A stretch of 64,000 nt of DNA. It comes from Methanotrichaceae archaeon. GTDB taxonomy: Archaea; Halobacteriota; Methanosarcinia; Methanotrichales; Methanotrichaceae. Below the pieces are notes generated by a model, which made no database searches, was not told the DNA's origin, and worked only from the letters and a program-made list of their open reading frames with translations. Location: NCBI GenBank assembly GCA_963754945.1, contig CAVWIG010000017.1:64001-128000 (forward strand), written 5' to 3'. Shown one piece after another: positions 62,851-64,000 of the stretch. A program made the translations under genes and the position numbers. Every line of letters begins with the position of its first letter. The first letter of the stretch is position 1.

Positions 62851-62948
62851 TTTTCCGTAAACTAGATGTCAAGACCTAGCTAGCCGCTTGCTAGCTAAAC
62901 CATATTTAGTCAGCCCGTTAGCATTTCAGGCAAAAGAGGTTAACTCAA

Positions 62949-63287
62949 ATGGATGCCAGTAATCTCAATTCAAAAGAAGGATTCGGATGGGCCTATAAGA
63001 TAGCGTTGCTCTGTATTTTGGCTATAGTTGCATTTTACCTGATTGAGGAGCACAGAGCACATCTCATAGCCTATTCGGGCACTATATTATTCGTAATCTT
63101 CATTCTACTACACCTCTTCATGCATAGTGGGCATGGAGGACATGGTGGCCACGGAGATCACGGAGGTAGTGATGGAGCCCATCATGAGCACGACAGCGGA
63201 AGAGAGGAAATGCCTGAAGCCGATAAAGCAGGAGAACCTATAGACGCGCACCAGCATGAGAACAGACAGGTGGAGAACAAGCTATGA
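62949..63287 (+). CDS. DUF2933-like membrane protein with His-rich tail
   Basis: EHRAHL, LHLFMH.GHGGHGGH. Confidence 0.8.
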   Translation: MDASNLNSKEGFGWAYKIALLCILAIVAFYLIEEHRAHLIAYSGTILFVIFILLHLFMHSGHGGHGGHGDHGGSDGAHHEHDSGREEMPEADKAGEPIDAHQHENRQVENKL

Positions 63288-63952
63288 CCGGAATGCCCAT
63301 GAGCGAGGCACCAGCATATGGCCTCTGGTCTTTGGTCGTAATCAACTCCCTGATATTCATAATCTTCGCCTTCAGCTTTACAAGACCTAAAACAAAACGT
63401 GACTGGCGCTCATTAGGGGGGTTCGCAGCTTTCATAGTTGCACTGTTCACAGAGATGTACGGCTTTCCTCTGACCATTTATCTGCTCTCGGGCTGGCTGG
63501 CAAGCCGCTATCCTGGGCTGGACCTGTACTCCCACAACTCCGGGCACCTCTGGAGCGATCTACTGGGCTCAACAGGGAACCCCCACCTGGCCCCGATTCA
63601 CATAATCAGCGATATCATGATCCTGGGTGGGCTGTATCTCCTGGCCTCGGCATGGGAAGTGCTGTACAAGGCGCAGAAGAACCATACGCTTGCGACGACA
63701 GGGCCTTATGCCCACGTCCGCCACCCTCAGTACGACGCTTTCATACTGGTCATGCTCGGATTTCTGGTTCAGTGGCCCACAATAATTACCTTGATCATGT
63801 TTCCCATACTAGTCTGGATGTACAAGAGACTTGCAGGCCAGGAGGAAAAAGAGATCCTTGCGGAATTTGGGGAGGAGTATTCCAAATACGCTGCTGTTAC
63901 TCCCGCGTTCATTCCGCGATTTGGATCAAAATCGAATAAATCCGCTGAATAA
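63284..63952 (+). CDS. Isoprenylcysteine carboxyl methyltransferase-family membrane protein
   Basis: ALFTEMYGFPLTIY, TTGPYAHVRHPQY, EE..L..FGEEY..Y. Confidence 0.9.
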   Translation: MTGMPMSEAPAYGLWSLVVINSLIFIIFAFSFTRPKTKRDWRSLGGFAAFIVALFTEMYGFPLTIYLLSGWLASRYPGLDLYSHNSGHLWSDLLGSTGNPHLAPIHIISDIMILGGLYLLASAWEVLYKAQKNHTLATTGPYAHVRHPQYDAFILVMLGFLVQWPTIITLIMFPILVWMYKRLAGQEEKEILAEFGEEYSKYAAVTPAFIPRFGSKSNKSAE

Positions 63953-64000
63953 GAGGTGGTGGTGTACCTCAAAACTGGTATAGTCAAAACTGCGACAGCG

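Overview
Archaeal chromosomal window, most consistent with a Methanothrix/Methanotrichales-type methanogen (inferred from gene content and the many lineage-style secreted proteins). About 1-41 kb is an IS-rich accessory patchwork: IS630 x2, IS1634, IS5 x2, IS256, a truncated IS110 with a bridge-RNA-like 5' region, IS66 and IS701 remnants, and an IS200/IS605-type hairpin MITE family. It contains mutS (followed by only a mutL stub), uvrA, a shattered uvrC, truD, an erythromycin-esterase-family gene, an HD dNTPase plus wHTH gene pair, an Hfq-like remnant, a hicA remnant and a fluoride riboswitch in front of a TPR gene. About 41.7-49.3 kb is a sulfur/thiol block (disulfide oxidoreductase, ThiF/MoeB, thiI, YkgJ, a cysE-DUF59 fusion, cysK, CMD protein). 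About 49.8-64 kb is a metal-homeostasis island. Its most unusual part is a co-oriented run with four YHS/TRASH domains (three small genes missed by the ORF track, one fused to an alpha-glucan phosphorylase), a CopB-type ATPase, a hidden Met/Cys-rich secreted protein, a cupredoxin and a 2-hydroxyacid dehydrogenase. Many genes carry single-base indels in short homopolymers, which may be assembly errors. No rRNA, tRNA or CRISPR array was seen. All family assignments come from motif recognition by eye, not database searches.
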